Assembly: GCA_049583715.1 (NCBI GenBank)
Contig: JBAUWJ010000190.1
Coordinates: forward strand, 16,242 to 80,241
From: Arenicellales bacterium
GTDB taxonomy: Bacteria > Pseudomonadota > Gammaproteobacteria > Arenicellales > JAANXG01
Length of the DNA: 64,000 nt
Direction: 5' to 3'
Each line of letters begins with the position of its first letter. Positions within the stretch are counted from its first letter, which is position 1. Made by a program: the position numbers and the translations under genes. Under the pieces are notes generated by a model. That model did not search any database and had not been told where the DNA came from. It saw nothing but the letters and a program-made list of their open reading frames with translations. Below, piece after piece: positions 47,955 through 56,386 of the stretch.

Positions 47955-48150
47955 ATTGGTGTCACCTGCGGTGCTCGCGCCGGCCCGAAATCCCTTAGAA
48001 CCTAAATCACTTGAAGGGAGCCGGAATCGAGTATGTTGTTGCGCAAGTCCGCAAACGAGCGGAAAGCCTGATACATCTCGCAAGGCGCCCACTTGAACCG
48101 ACTCGGTTCAAGGCCAACGGCCGGTTTCGGCACAGGCGGGTGACACCTAC
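47955..48150 (+). ncRNA. ssrS: 6S RNA
   Basis: It sits in the conserved slot between zapA and the 5-formyl-THF cyclo-ligase gene. The 5' GGUGUCACC (47958-47966) pairs with the 3' GGUGACACC (48139-47), and CCGAAA pairs with UUUCGG, forming a closing stem. The conserved 6S 3'-side hairpin CUUGAACCgacucGGUUCAAGG lies at 48092-48113. The ends are approximate. Confidence 0.85.
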
Positions 48151-48184
48151 TTCTTCCCTCTCTCAGCCGGAACCTCGCCAACCC

Positions 48185-48769
48185 ATGTCCAGCAGGAACG
48201 AAATTCGCCGTCGAATGCGGCGGCGACGCCGTGCGCTCTCACGCACCGAGAGAGAACATGCGGCAGGCGCCGTGGCGGCCGTTCTGGGCGGGCTGAGCGT
48301 TTTCCGGGCGGCGCGGCGCACCGCTGTCTTCGTGGCCAGTGACGGCGAGATCGATCTCGGTCGCGCGATGCGGCAGTACGCCTGCAAGTCCTACTACCTG
48401 CCCGTCGTGCCGCCCCGCGGCCGGCGCCGGATGCTGTTTGCGAGGGTCCGACCGGAGACGTCGTTCAAGAAGAACCGCTATGGCATACTCGAACCCGATG
48501 CGCCGATCGCATCCCTGGCGACCGCCCGGGAGCTGGACCTGGTTCTTGCACCGCTGGTCGCATTCGATCGGCGCGGAGGGCGCCTTGGGATGGGAGGCGG
48601 CTACTACGACGCCACCTTCGAGTTTCTTGCATCGAGGACGTGCTGGGTCGAGCCCAAGCTGGTGGGGGTGGCGTTTTCCTTCCAGGAGGTACCGCACGTC
48701 GAGCGCGAGTCATGGGACATACCGCTCACGGCGATCGTGACGGAGCTCGGAGTGATCTCCGCAACCTGA
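48185..48769 (+). CDS. ygfA: 5-formyltetrahydrofolate cyclo-ligase
   Basis: Track ORF 48011..48769 trimmed to ATG 48185, because the upstream part is the 6S RNA gene. The segment LVLAPLVAFDRRGGRLGMGGGYYD is present. Confidence 0.88.
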   Translation: MSSRNEIRRRMRRRRRALSRTEREHAAGAVAAVLGGLSVFRAARRTAVFVASDGEIDLGRAMRQYACKSYYLPVVPPRGRRRMLFARVRPETSFKKNRYGILEPDAPIASLATARELDLVLAPLVAFDRRGGRLGMGGGYYDATFEFLASRTCWVEPKLVGVAFSFQEVPHVERESWDIPLTAIVTELGVISAT

Positions 48770-48787
48770 CCGACAAGAGATCCGACC

Positions 48788-49588
48788 TTGTTTAGAATTC
48801 TGTTCATCGGCGATATCGTGGGCCGTTCCGGGAGACGGGTGCTGCTCGACAACCTGGAAGAGCTGCAACAGGCGCACGGCATCGATTACACCGTCGTCAA
48901 TGCGGAGAACGCGGCCGCCGGGTTCGGCGTTACACACACCATCGCCGCGGAGATGCTCGGCAAAGGCGCGGATCTGCTTACTTCCGGCAACCACATCTGG
49001 GATAAGCGCGAGGCCCTGGAGTTCATCATCGACGAGCCGCGCCTGCTGCGGCCGGAAAACTTCCCCAACGACGCGCCGGGAAAGGGGTGGTACAGGACAC
49101 GGGTCGGGGAGTTGAGCATCGGCGTGCTCAACACCATGGGGATCGTGTTCATGCATCCGACTCTCGACTGCCCGTTCCGCTGCGCAGACCGAATCCTGAG
49201 CACGCACCTGGATGGCTGTGATATCGTCCTGCTGGACTTTCACGCCGAGGCCAGCAGCGAGAAAGTCGCCATGGGCTGGTATCTGGACGGGCGCGTGAGC
49301 GCGGTGCTGGGGACCCATACCCACGTACCCACCGCGGACGAGCGCATCCTGCCGGGCGGGACCGCCTTCATCTCCGATGTCGGCATGACCGGCTGCTACG
49401 ATTCGATCATCGGCATGCGCATCGAGCCCTCCCTGAAGCGCTTCCTGCACAAGGTACCGGAGCGCTTCGAGGTCGCGACGGGCCGCGGAACTCTGTGCGG
49501 CGTGGTGGTGGAGATAGACCCGGCGACCGGCCGCAGCACCGGCATACAGCGCGTGCGGGTGGAAGAGCCGGCAGCGGCAAACGAGTAG
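48788..49588 (+). CDS. YmdB-family metallophosphoesterase (2',3'-cyclic-nucleotide phosphodiesterase-like, TIGR00282)
   Basis: 266 aa with a TTG start. Segments ILFIGDIVGRSG, VVNAENAAAGFG, TSGNHIWD, DFHAEASSEK and GTHTHVPTADERI are present. Confidence 0.88.
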   Translation: MFRILFIGDIVGRSGRRVLLDNLEELQQAHGIDYTVVNAENAAAGFGVTHTIAAEMLGKGADLLTSGNHIWDKREALEFIIDEPRLLRPENFPNDAPGKGWYRTRVGELSIGVLNTMGIVFMHPTLDCPFRCADRILSTHLDGCDIVLLDFHAEASSEKVAMGWYLDGRVSAVLGTHTHVPTADERILPGGTAFISDVGMTGCYDSIIGMRIEPSLKRFLHKVPERFEVATGRGTLCGVVVEIDPATGRSTGIQRVRVEEPAAANE

Positions 49589-49602
49589 GTCGGACGAAGA
49601 AT

Positions 49603-49629
49603 CCCCTGTCCCGCTGGCGGGAGAGGGAG
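49603..49629. repeat. Single family D hairpin repeat
   Basis: The hairpin CCCCTGTCCCGCTGGCGGGAGAGGGAG lies in the ymdB-EVE intergenic spacer. Confidence 0.7.
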
Positions 49630-49685
49630 CTGGGCCGTACCGACCTGCCGGGCCGGAAGAAGACACGCGAATCAAGTGAACCGAC

Positions 49686-50140
<455 letters not shown>

Positions 50141-50144
<4 letters not shown>

Positions 50145-50722
50145 CCACCCGTATCCGCGCGGCCGCAATCCTGCTGATCTGCTGCCTGTTTCTATCCATC
50201 AAGGGCTACGCCCAGCAATCGAGTACCCATCTCATGGCCAAGATGACCACCAGCCTCGGCGACATTACGATAGAGCTCTATCAGGACAAGGCGCCGCAGA
50301 CGGTCGAGAATTTTCTCGAGTACGTCGACTCCGGTTTCTACGACGGCACGATCATTCACCGGGTCATCCCGGGCTTCGTGCTCCAGGGTGGCGGCTTGAC
50401 GCCCGACATGCAGCGCAAGGCCACCCGGGCGCCCATCACCAACGAGTCCGACAACGGGCTGCACAACCTGAGGGGAACACTGTCGATGGCGCGGCTGCCG
50501 GACCCGAACTCCGCGACCTCGCAGTTTTTCATCAACTTGAACGACAACGCGCACCTGGACTACCAGGGCTCGGGTCAGTGGGGCTACGCCGTGTTCGGTA
50601 AAGTCGTGGACGGGATGGACGTGGTGGACAAGATTGCCGATGTCAAGACCACCACCAGGGATGGATACCAGGACGTTCCCGCCACCCCGGTGGTGATCGA
50701 GCAGGTCCAACGAGTGCAATAG
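50141..50722 (+). CDS. ppiA: Periplasmic cyclophilin-type peptidyl-prolyl isomerase
   Basis: Track ORF 50111..50722 trimmed to ATG 50141, which overlaps the EVE gene stop in an ATGA. A signal peptide is followed by NFLEYVDSGFYDGTIIHRVIPGFVLQGGG and SQFFINL. Confidence 0.92.
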
Positions 50723-50752
50723 CCAACCGGTTCCCGGGGCGGCCTTCACAAT

Positions 50753-51073
50753 GTCGGAATGAATTCCGACCCACAGGGGCGCCGCGGTGTCGCCGTCGTT
50801 CGTTCCGACAAACCGCAGCATGGAAATGAATCGCAACCCTCGCGATCCGGCGGTCTGACCGCTCAAGCGTGGGTCGGAATTCATTCCGACAATTCTCGAT
50901 ATCGGAATGAGCTCCGACCCACAGGGGTGCCGCGGTGTCGCCGTCGTTCGTTCCGACAAGCCGCAGCATGGAAATGAATCGCAACCCTCGCGACCCGGCA
51001 GTCTGACCGCCCAAATGTGGGTCGGAATTCATTCCGACAATTCTCGATATCGGAATGAACTTCGACCCACGGG
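50753..51073. repeat. 148-bp tandem repeat (about 2.2 units), each unit bounded by inverted family B REP hairpins
   Basis: REP hairpins of one orientation lie at 50753, 50901 and 51049. Those of the other orientation lie at 50873 and 51021. The period is exactly 148 bp, and the units are near-identical, including the roughly 100-bp stretch between the hairpins. Confidence 0.9.
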
Positions 51074-51074
51074 T

Positions 51075-52076
51075 TCACCTCACCTGCCAGGTTGACCCCG
51101 AGGAGAGTCGTGCTTGAAGGCGCGACAAACCGTCGCCGTCGCAGCCTTGTCCCTGGGCACGCAGCACTTCGTGATGCACGGATCGCTTCTCGCGGTAAAT
51201 CACGCCCAGAGGCGTCGGCAGGGATGGATCCTCGATGTCGGTGAGAAGACGCGCCAAGGGCTTGCTGCCGGTATCGTGGACGGCCGCTTCGTCCGGTCCG
51301 GTCGGCGCGAGCTCCAGGCACAAGGCCGCCGGGTTCAAGCGCAGCGCGCGGTCCTCGAAGCTCATGGCCTCGCCGTGCCGCAGATACAGCCTTTTGTCTG
51401 CCCCTTTCATCGCCTCGAAGGGCAGCTCGTTGAAAATCGGGCAATTCTGCAGAATCTCGACGAAGGCCGAACCCTTGTGGGCGGCGGCGGCTCTCAGCAC
51501 CTCCTGCAGGTGGGCGGCGTCGGTGTCCACGGCCCGCGCCACCAGCGTGGCTCCGGACGCGAGCGCGAACCCCAGCGGATTGACCGGGCGGTCGGTATTG
51601 CCATCGGGGTTGGAGCGACTTCGCTGGCCAACGGGCGAGGTCGGGCTGTGCTGGCCCTTGGTGAGGCCGTACACCTCGTTGTTGAAGAACAGGATCTTGA
51701 TGTCCACATTGCGGCGCAGGGCGTGAAGAAGATGATTACCCCCTATGGACAGGCCGTCTCCGTCGCCGGTGACCACCCAGACCGTGAGGTCCGGATTCAC
51801 CGCCTTGAGACCCGTCGCCACCGCCGGGGCGCGGCCATGGATGCCGTGGAGCCCGTAGGTGTCGACGTAGTAAGGGAACCGGCTGGAGCAGCCGATCCCG
51901 CTGACGATGACATGCTCTTCCTTGCGGGCGCCGATGGCAGCCAGGAGCTTCTGGAACTGGGCCAGGATGGCATAGTCACCGCAGCCGGGGCACCAGCGCA
52001 CCTCGAGGTCCGTCTGGTAGTCCTTTCGGGACAGGGGCTTGCCGACGGTGTGGATGTCTTCAGCCAGATTCGTCAT
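51075..52076 (-). CDS. korB: 2-oxoacid (2-oxoglutarate):ferredoxin oxidoreductase beta subunit
   Basis: 333 aa. Segments WCPGCGDYAIL, the TPP motif VVTGDGDGLSIGGNHL and FNNEVYGLTKGQ are present. Its start overlaps the korA stop in an ATGA. Confidence 0.92.
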   Translation of the reverse strand: MTNLAEDIHTVGKPLSRKDYQTDLEVRWCPGCGDYAILAQFQKLLAAIGARKEEHVIVSGIGCSSRFPYYVDTYGLHGIHGRAPAVATGLKAVNPDLTVWVVTGDGDGLSIGGNHLLHALRRNVDIKILFFNNEVYGLTKGQHSPTSPVGQRSRSNPDGNTDRPVNPLGFALASGATLVARAVDTDAAHLQEVLRAAAAHKGSAFVEILQNCPIFNELPFEAMKGADKRLYLRHGEAMSFEDRALRLNPAALCLELAPTGPDEAAVHDTGSKPLARLLTDIEDPSLPTPLGVIYREKRSVHHEVLRAQGQGCDGDGLSRLQARLSSGSTWQVR

Positions 52077-53914
52077 CGCCGCAGCGCCTCTCTTATGCCT
52101 CGATCCAGCTCGTTGCTCGTGAACGGCCGGCCCTGCATCAGGCTCAGCGCCCGGGCGTCGACCAGGTATTCGGACCGTATGCGCCGGGTGAGCTGGCCGC
52201 TGTTCAGCTCCGGCACGATGACTTTCCTGAAACCGCCGGCAATGATGCCAAGGTCGCCGTGCAGTGGATTAAGCCAGCGCAGGTGCAGGTGGCTCACGGC
52301 GTACCCTCTTTCACGTGCGGAGAGGACCGCCTCGCGGGCCGCCCCGCAGGTCCCACCCCAGGTGATCACCAGGACGTCGCCTTGCCGGTCACCGTACAGC
52401 TCCGGCGCGGCGCTCGTGGAGCCCACCCCCGCGACCTTGGCCTCCCGCAGGCGTGACATCAGCTCGTGATTCGGGCCGTCGTAGCTGATGTGTCCACTGC
52501 CGTCCTCCTTCTCCAGGCCGCCGATGCGATGCTGCAGGCCGGCCGTGCCGGGAATCGCCCAGGACCTGACACCGCGCTCGTCGCGCTCGAACGGCCTGAA
52601 CGGGCCGCCCTCCGGAGGCACCGAAGCCCGGCGCGTCCCGATGGGCGCCAGTGCGGACAGCTCCGGTATCCGCCAGGGCTCCGCGCCGTTCGCCAGGGAC
52701 GCATCCGACAGCAGTATCACGGGCGTCATGTGCTCCACCGCGGCACGCACGGCCTCGAGGGCTGCGGTAAAGCAGTCGGACGGACTGCCCGCGGCGATCA
52801 CCGGCAACGGCGCTTCGCCGCTTCTCCCGTACATCGCCTGGTTGAGATCGGACTGCTCGGTCTTGGTGGGCATGCCGGTGCTCGGGCCGGCCCGCTGGAC
52901 ATCGATCACCACCAGGGGCAGCTCCAGCGCCACGGCGAGACCCAGTGCTTCGCTCTTGAGGGCGAGACCGGGGCCGCTGGTCGCGGTCACGCCCAGCGCC
53001 CCGCCGTAGGAGGCACCGATGGCGGCGCAGGCCGCGGCAATCTCGTCCTCGGCCTGGAATGTCTTGACGCCGAGCTCTTTCTCCCTGGCCAGATAGTGCA
53101 GGAGGTCGGAGGCCGGCGTGATCGGATAGCCCGCCATGAACAGATCGAGGTCGGCCAGCCCGGCCCCCGCCATGAGTCCGAGGGCCAGGGCCTCGTTGCC
53201 GGTGATGTTCCGGTAAAGACCCGGCCCAATGGGGGCTGGATTGACCCGTCGCCTGACGTCGCCCAGCCCGGCGGTCTCTCCGAAATGGAAACCCGCCTTC
53301 AGGGCAGCGGTGTTGGAGCGCATCAGTGCTTCATCACCCTTGAACCTGCTCTCGATCCAGGCCGCACTGTCCTCGACCTCCCGCTCGAACATCCACAGCA
53401 CCATGCCGAGGGCGAAGAAATTGCGGGCGCGCAGGGCGTCGCGTCGTCTCAAGCCAAACTCGCCGGTAACTTCCAGCGTGAGCGCGCTCATATCCACCGG
53501 GATTACCCGGTAGTCGTCGAGGCTCCCATCTTCGAGCGGGCTCGTCGCGTAGCCCGCCTGTCTCAGGGTCCTGGCGCTGAACGCGCCGCTGTCGAGAATC
53601 AGCACGCCGGCCGGCTCGAGGCTGTCCAGGTTGGTGCTCAGGGCGGCGGGATTCAAGGCGACCAGCACGTCCGCCCGGTCGCCGGCCGTGTAAACCCGGT
53701 GGTCCCCGAGCTGAATCTGGAATGCCGACACCCCGGCCAGGCTGCCGGCCGGTGCCCGGATCTCGGCGGGAAAGTCCGGAAACGTCGCGAGATCGTTGCC
53801 GGCGTACGCCGCCGAGAGCGTGAATCGGTTTCCGGAGAGCTGAATTCCGTCGCCGGAATCCCCCGCGAATCGCACCACGGCGGAAGCTTGTTCTTTACGA
53901 GCAGAAACGTTCAT
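52073..53914 (-). CDS. korA: 2-oxoacid (2-oxoglutarate):ferredoxin oxidoreductase alpha subunit
   Basis: 613 aa. Segments FAGDSGDGIQLSG..DLATFPDFPAEIRAP, GYPITPASD and GPGLALKSEALGLA are typical of the fused gamma-alpha type KorA. Confidence 0.92.
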   Translation of the reverse strand: MNVSARKEQASAVVRFAGDSGDGIQLSGNRFTLSAAYAGNDLATFPDFPAEIRAPAGSLAGVSAFQIQLGDHRVYTAGDRADVLVALNPAALSTNLDSLEPAGVLILDSGAFSARTLRQAGYATSPLEDGSLDDYRVIPVDMSALTLEVTGEFGLRRRDALRARNFFALGMVLWMFEREVEDSAAWIESRFKGDEALMRSNTAALKAGFHFGETAGLGDVRRRVNPAPIGPGLYRNITGNEALALGLMAGAGLADLDLFMAGYPITPASDLLHYLAREKELGVKTFQAEDEIAAACAAIGASYGGALGVTATSGPGLALKSEALGLAVALELPLVVIDVQRAGPSTGMPTKTEQSDLNQAMYGRSGEAPLPVIAAGSPSDCFTAALEAVRAAVEHMTPVILLSDASLANGAEPWRIPELSALAPIGTRRASVPPEGGPFRPFERDERGVRSWAIPGTAGLQHRIGGLEKEDGSGHISYDGPNHELMSRLREAKVAGVGSTSAAPELYGDRQGDVLVITWGGTCGAAREAVLSARERGYAVSHLHLRWLNPLHGDLGIIAGGFRKVIVPELNSGQLTRRIRSEYLVDARALSLMQGRPFTSNELDRGIREALRR

Positions 53915-53973
53915 TTATGAGCGATACAGCACGGGTTGGCATGACGTTTCAGCGCGGCCCCGGAGCACACGCG

Positions 53974-54753
53974 TCAGACCCATCCCTTCAGGGAAAAGCC
54001 GAGTCCGAGCACCAGCATGAACGAGGCGACCACCGGCCTCAGGATTTCATCGCGAAGGCGGCTCGCCCAGCGGGCGCCCACGCAAAGGCCGGGTATGGAG
54101 CCCGCCAGTAAAGGCAGCAGCAGCCCGACATCCACGGAGCCGAGCTGCCAGTGGCCTATCCCGGCCAGGGCCGCCAGAAACACGGAGTGGGTCAGGTCGG
54201 TACCCACGATGGTGTTCATGGGCATCGCACGGTAGAACAACAGCAGGAAAGCCGCGCCCAGGGCGCCCGCCCCCACCGAGGACAAGGTCACCAGGACTCC
54301 CACGAAGGCTCCACCGGCCACGGTGACAAGAAACAGGCCTCGTCCTTCGAGCTGGAAATCGCGGCGATGCATCAACCACGGACGCAGCAGAGTCACGGCC
54401 GCCGTCAGGACGAGCGCCACACCGAGGGCCACGGTCAAGAGTCCCTGGTAGCTCGCGTCCTCGGCACGCCAGATTTCCAGCAGCCACAGTGTGGCCCCGC
54501 AAGCCGGCAGGCTGCCCAACGCCAGGCTGCCGACGACGCGCCATTGGACGTTGCGCCGGAGCTGATGCAGGACCACCCCGAGGGACTTGCTGAGGGCGGC
54601 GTAAACCAGGTCCGTCCCAACGGCAATCGCCGGAGGAATGCCGTACAGGATCAGAGCCGGCGTCATCACGGCGCCGCCGCCGACCCCTGTCAAACCCACC
54701 AGCAGGCCCACCGCGAAGCCCGCGGCGACGAGGAGGTAATCCATTCGAAGCAC
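53974..54753 (-). CDS. TauE/SafE-family sulfite/organosulfonate exporter
   Basis: 259 aa, polytopic. The segment GLLVGLTGVGGGAVMTPALIL and a repeated half are typical of TauE/SafE. Its start lies 1 nt after the stop of the redoxin gene. Confidence 0.88.
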   Translation of the reverse strand: MLRMDYLLVAAGFAVGLLVGLTGVGGGAVMTPALILYGIPPAIAVGTDLVYAALSKSLGVVLHQLRRNVQWRVVGSLALGSLPACGATLWLLEIWRAEDASYQGLLTVALGVALVLTAAVTLLRPWLMHRRDFQLEGRGLFLVTVAGGAFVGVLVTLSSVGAGALGAAFLLLFYRAMPMNTIVGTDLTHSVFLAALAGIGHWQLGSVDVGLLLPLLAGSIPGLCVGARWASRLRDEILRPVVASFMLVLGLGFSLKGWV

Positions 54754-55146
54754 CTATATGAGTGCCAGATCAGGGTGCCTGTCGACGGCATCGGCCAGGT
54801 CCCTGGTCAAGTCCCCGGCCAACTCCTGCGACGCCGGCTCGTCGGTCCTCGCCCCTTTACCCGAGAACCATTGCTTGAACGCCAGGTACGACTCGATGAC
54901 CTCCTCGTATCCGCCGGCGTCACGCAGCACGAAGAACGGCGCCCGCGTCACCCCGTGCCGCTCGGCGATGCGTGCGCCGGGGCTCGAAGGATCACCCTCC
55001 TTCGCCAGCACCACCCCCGTCACGTGGCTCATCAGGCCGTCCCTGCGCAACCGGTTCTCGATGTCCCGGCACTTGGCGCAGGGCTCGCCGCCGGCCAGCA
55101 GCTTCTTGACGAACAGCACCGTCGGCATATCGACAGTGGTGTGCAT
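54754..55146 (-). CDS. Glutaredoxin/thioredoxin-fold CxxC protein (130 aa)
   Basis: ORF 54754..55212 trimmed to ATG 55146, which shares one base with the cysH stop (TGATG). The pattern TVLFVKK..GEPCAKCRDIENRL...VTRAPFFVLRD fits the beta-alpha-beta CxxC redoxin fold with a cis-Pro-like position. Confidence 0.68.
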   Translation of the reverse strand: MHTTVDMPTVLFVKKLLAGGEPCAKCRDIENRLRRDGLMSHVTGVVLAKEGDPSSPGARIAERHGVTRAPFFVLRDAGGYEEVIESYLAFKQWFSGKGARTDEPASQELAGDLTRDLADAVDRHPDLALI

Positions 55147-55874
55147 CAGACCACCTTCCGAACGTTGTCCGCGTGCAAACCGCACTCCTTGTCGGCGCTG
55201 CTCTCCCACCACCAGCGGCCTTCACGCTCATGCTGGTTCGGCACCACGGCGCGGGTGCAGGGCTCGCAGCCGATGCTGACGAAGCCCTTGCGGTGAAGCT
55301 CGTTGCAGGGCACGTCGTTCTCCCGGATGAAGGTCCAGACGTCCTGCGAGCTCCAGTTCGCGAGCGGGTTGATCTTGACCAGGGTGCGATCGGGTCCGGA
55401 GAACACGTTGTCGCGCTGGACCACGGGGACCTCCGAGCGGGTGTCCGGGCTCTGATCGCGGCGCTGGCCGGTGATCCACGCATCGAGCTGGACGAGCTTG
55501 CGGCGAAGCGGGCCCACCTTGCGTATTCCGCAGCACTCGCTGTGCCCGTCCCTGTAGAAGCTGAACAGGCCCTTGTCCCGCACCAGCCGGCCGAGCTGAT
55601 CGGCATCCGGATGCAGCACCTCCAGCTCGATGGGATACGTATCTCGCACGGTCTCGATGAAGCGATAGGTCTCAGCTTGCAACCGACCCGTGTCCAGGGT
55701 GAAAACCGGCACGCCGGGCCGGATGCGACTGGCCATGTGCACGAGCACCACGTCCTCCGCGCCGCTGAAGGAAACGGACAAGTTGTCGTACTGGTTCAGG
55801 GCCCACTCGAGAACCTGCTCGGGGCGTTGATCCGCCAGGTGGCGGGCCAGGGGCTCGAAGTTGAAATTCGTCAT
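55146..55874 (-). CDS. cysH: Assimilatory adenylyl-sulfate (APS)/PAPS reductase, Fe-S type
   Basis: ORF 55146..56039 trimmed to ATG 55874, which overlaps the DUF934 gene stop in an ATGA. The cysteine pairs ECCGIRKV and SIGCEPCT are the signature of Fe-S-containing APS reductases. Confidence 0.92.
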   Translation of the reverse strand: MTNFNFEPLARHLADQRPEQVLEWALNQYDNLSVSFSGAEDVVLVHMASRIRPGVPVFTLDTGRLQAETYRFIETVRDTYPIELEVLHPDADQLGRLVRDKGLFSFYRDGHSECCGIRKVGPLRRKLVQLDAWITGQRRDQSPDTRSEVPVVQRDNVFSGPDRTLVKINPLANWSSQDVWTFIRENDVPCNELHRKGFVSIGCEPCTRAVVPNQHEREGRWWWESSADKECGLHADNVRKVV

Positions 55875-56386
55875 GCCGATCTCTCCTCGGATTGGGGCGC
55901 GGCGGCGTGGGCACGCCTGCGGAATATCAATGGAATGCGGTCCTCGGAAGGCTGATAGCGCACGGTGATCTCGTCGAAACCCTGGAGCAGATCGGCCGCC
56001 GTCTCCGGCGGTACCGGCTCGAAGGCATCCATGCCACACCGCTCCATGTACATCACGTGGTCGCGGCGAGCCCCGATGGCGCGCAATTCGCCCTTGAAGC
56101 CGTGCCGCTCCCTGAGCAGGTAGGCCTGCGAGTAGCCGCGGCCTTCTGCGAACTTGTCGAACACGAGCGCGATGAGCTCGAGCTCATCCACGAAAGGCCC
56201 GAGGTCATCCAGCGAGTCGCCCGGCACGAGGCGAACGCCGACCCTGCCGTCGTGCCCATGAAAGGCATCACGCTCGCGCACCCAGCGCTCGAGGGACACG
56301 GTGACGTCCCCCGGCGCCAGCGGGGCGTCGTCATCCAGATGCGAGCACCGATTGTCTTGAATCTTTCGATTGATGATGAGGGACAT
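55871..56386 (-). CDS. DUF934 protein (sulfite-reductase-associated)
   Basis: ORF 55871..56608 trimmed to ATG 56386 (MSLIINRKIQDNRCSHLDDDAPLAPGD, a DUF934-type N-terminus). It overlaps the 3' end of cysI by 56 nt. Confidence 0.85.
   Translation of the reverse strand: MSLIINRKIQDNRCSHLDDDAPLAPGDVTVSLERWVRERDAFHGHDGRVGVRLVPGDSLDDLGPFVDELELIALVFDKFAEGRGYSQAYLLRERHGFKGELRAIGARRDHVMYMERCGMDAFEPVPPETAADLLQGFDEITVRYQPSEDRIPLIFRRRAHAAAPQSEERSA

Noticed and set aside
50753-51073. The possibility that the regularly spaced palindromic repeats form a CRISPR array.
   Set aside because: The sequence between the hairpins is itself repeated, so there are no unique spacers. The hairpins alternate in orientation, there are only about two units, and no cas genes are present.
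56331-56386. Whether the 56-nt overlap between the cysI 3' end and the DUF934 gene start indicates a frameshift or pseudogene.
   Set aside because: Both proteins are full length with conserved termini (…ERVGIQPFKEQVY… for CysI, MSLIINRK…HLDDDAPL for DUF934). The overlap only adds a 17-residue non-conserved tail to CysI, so there is no need to invoke an error.
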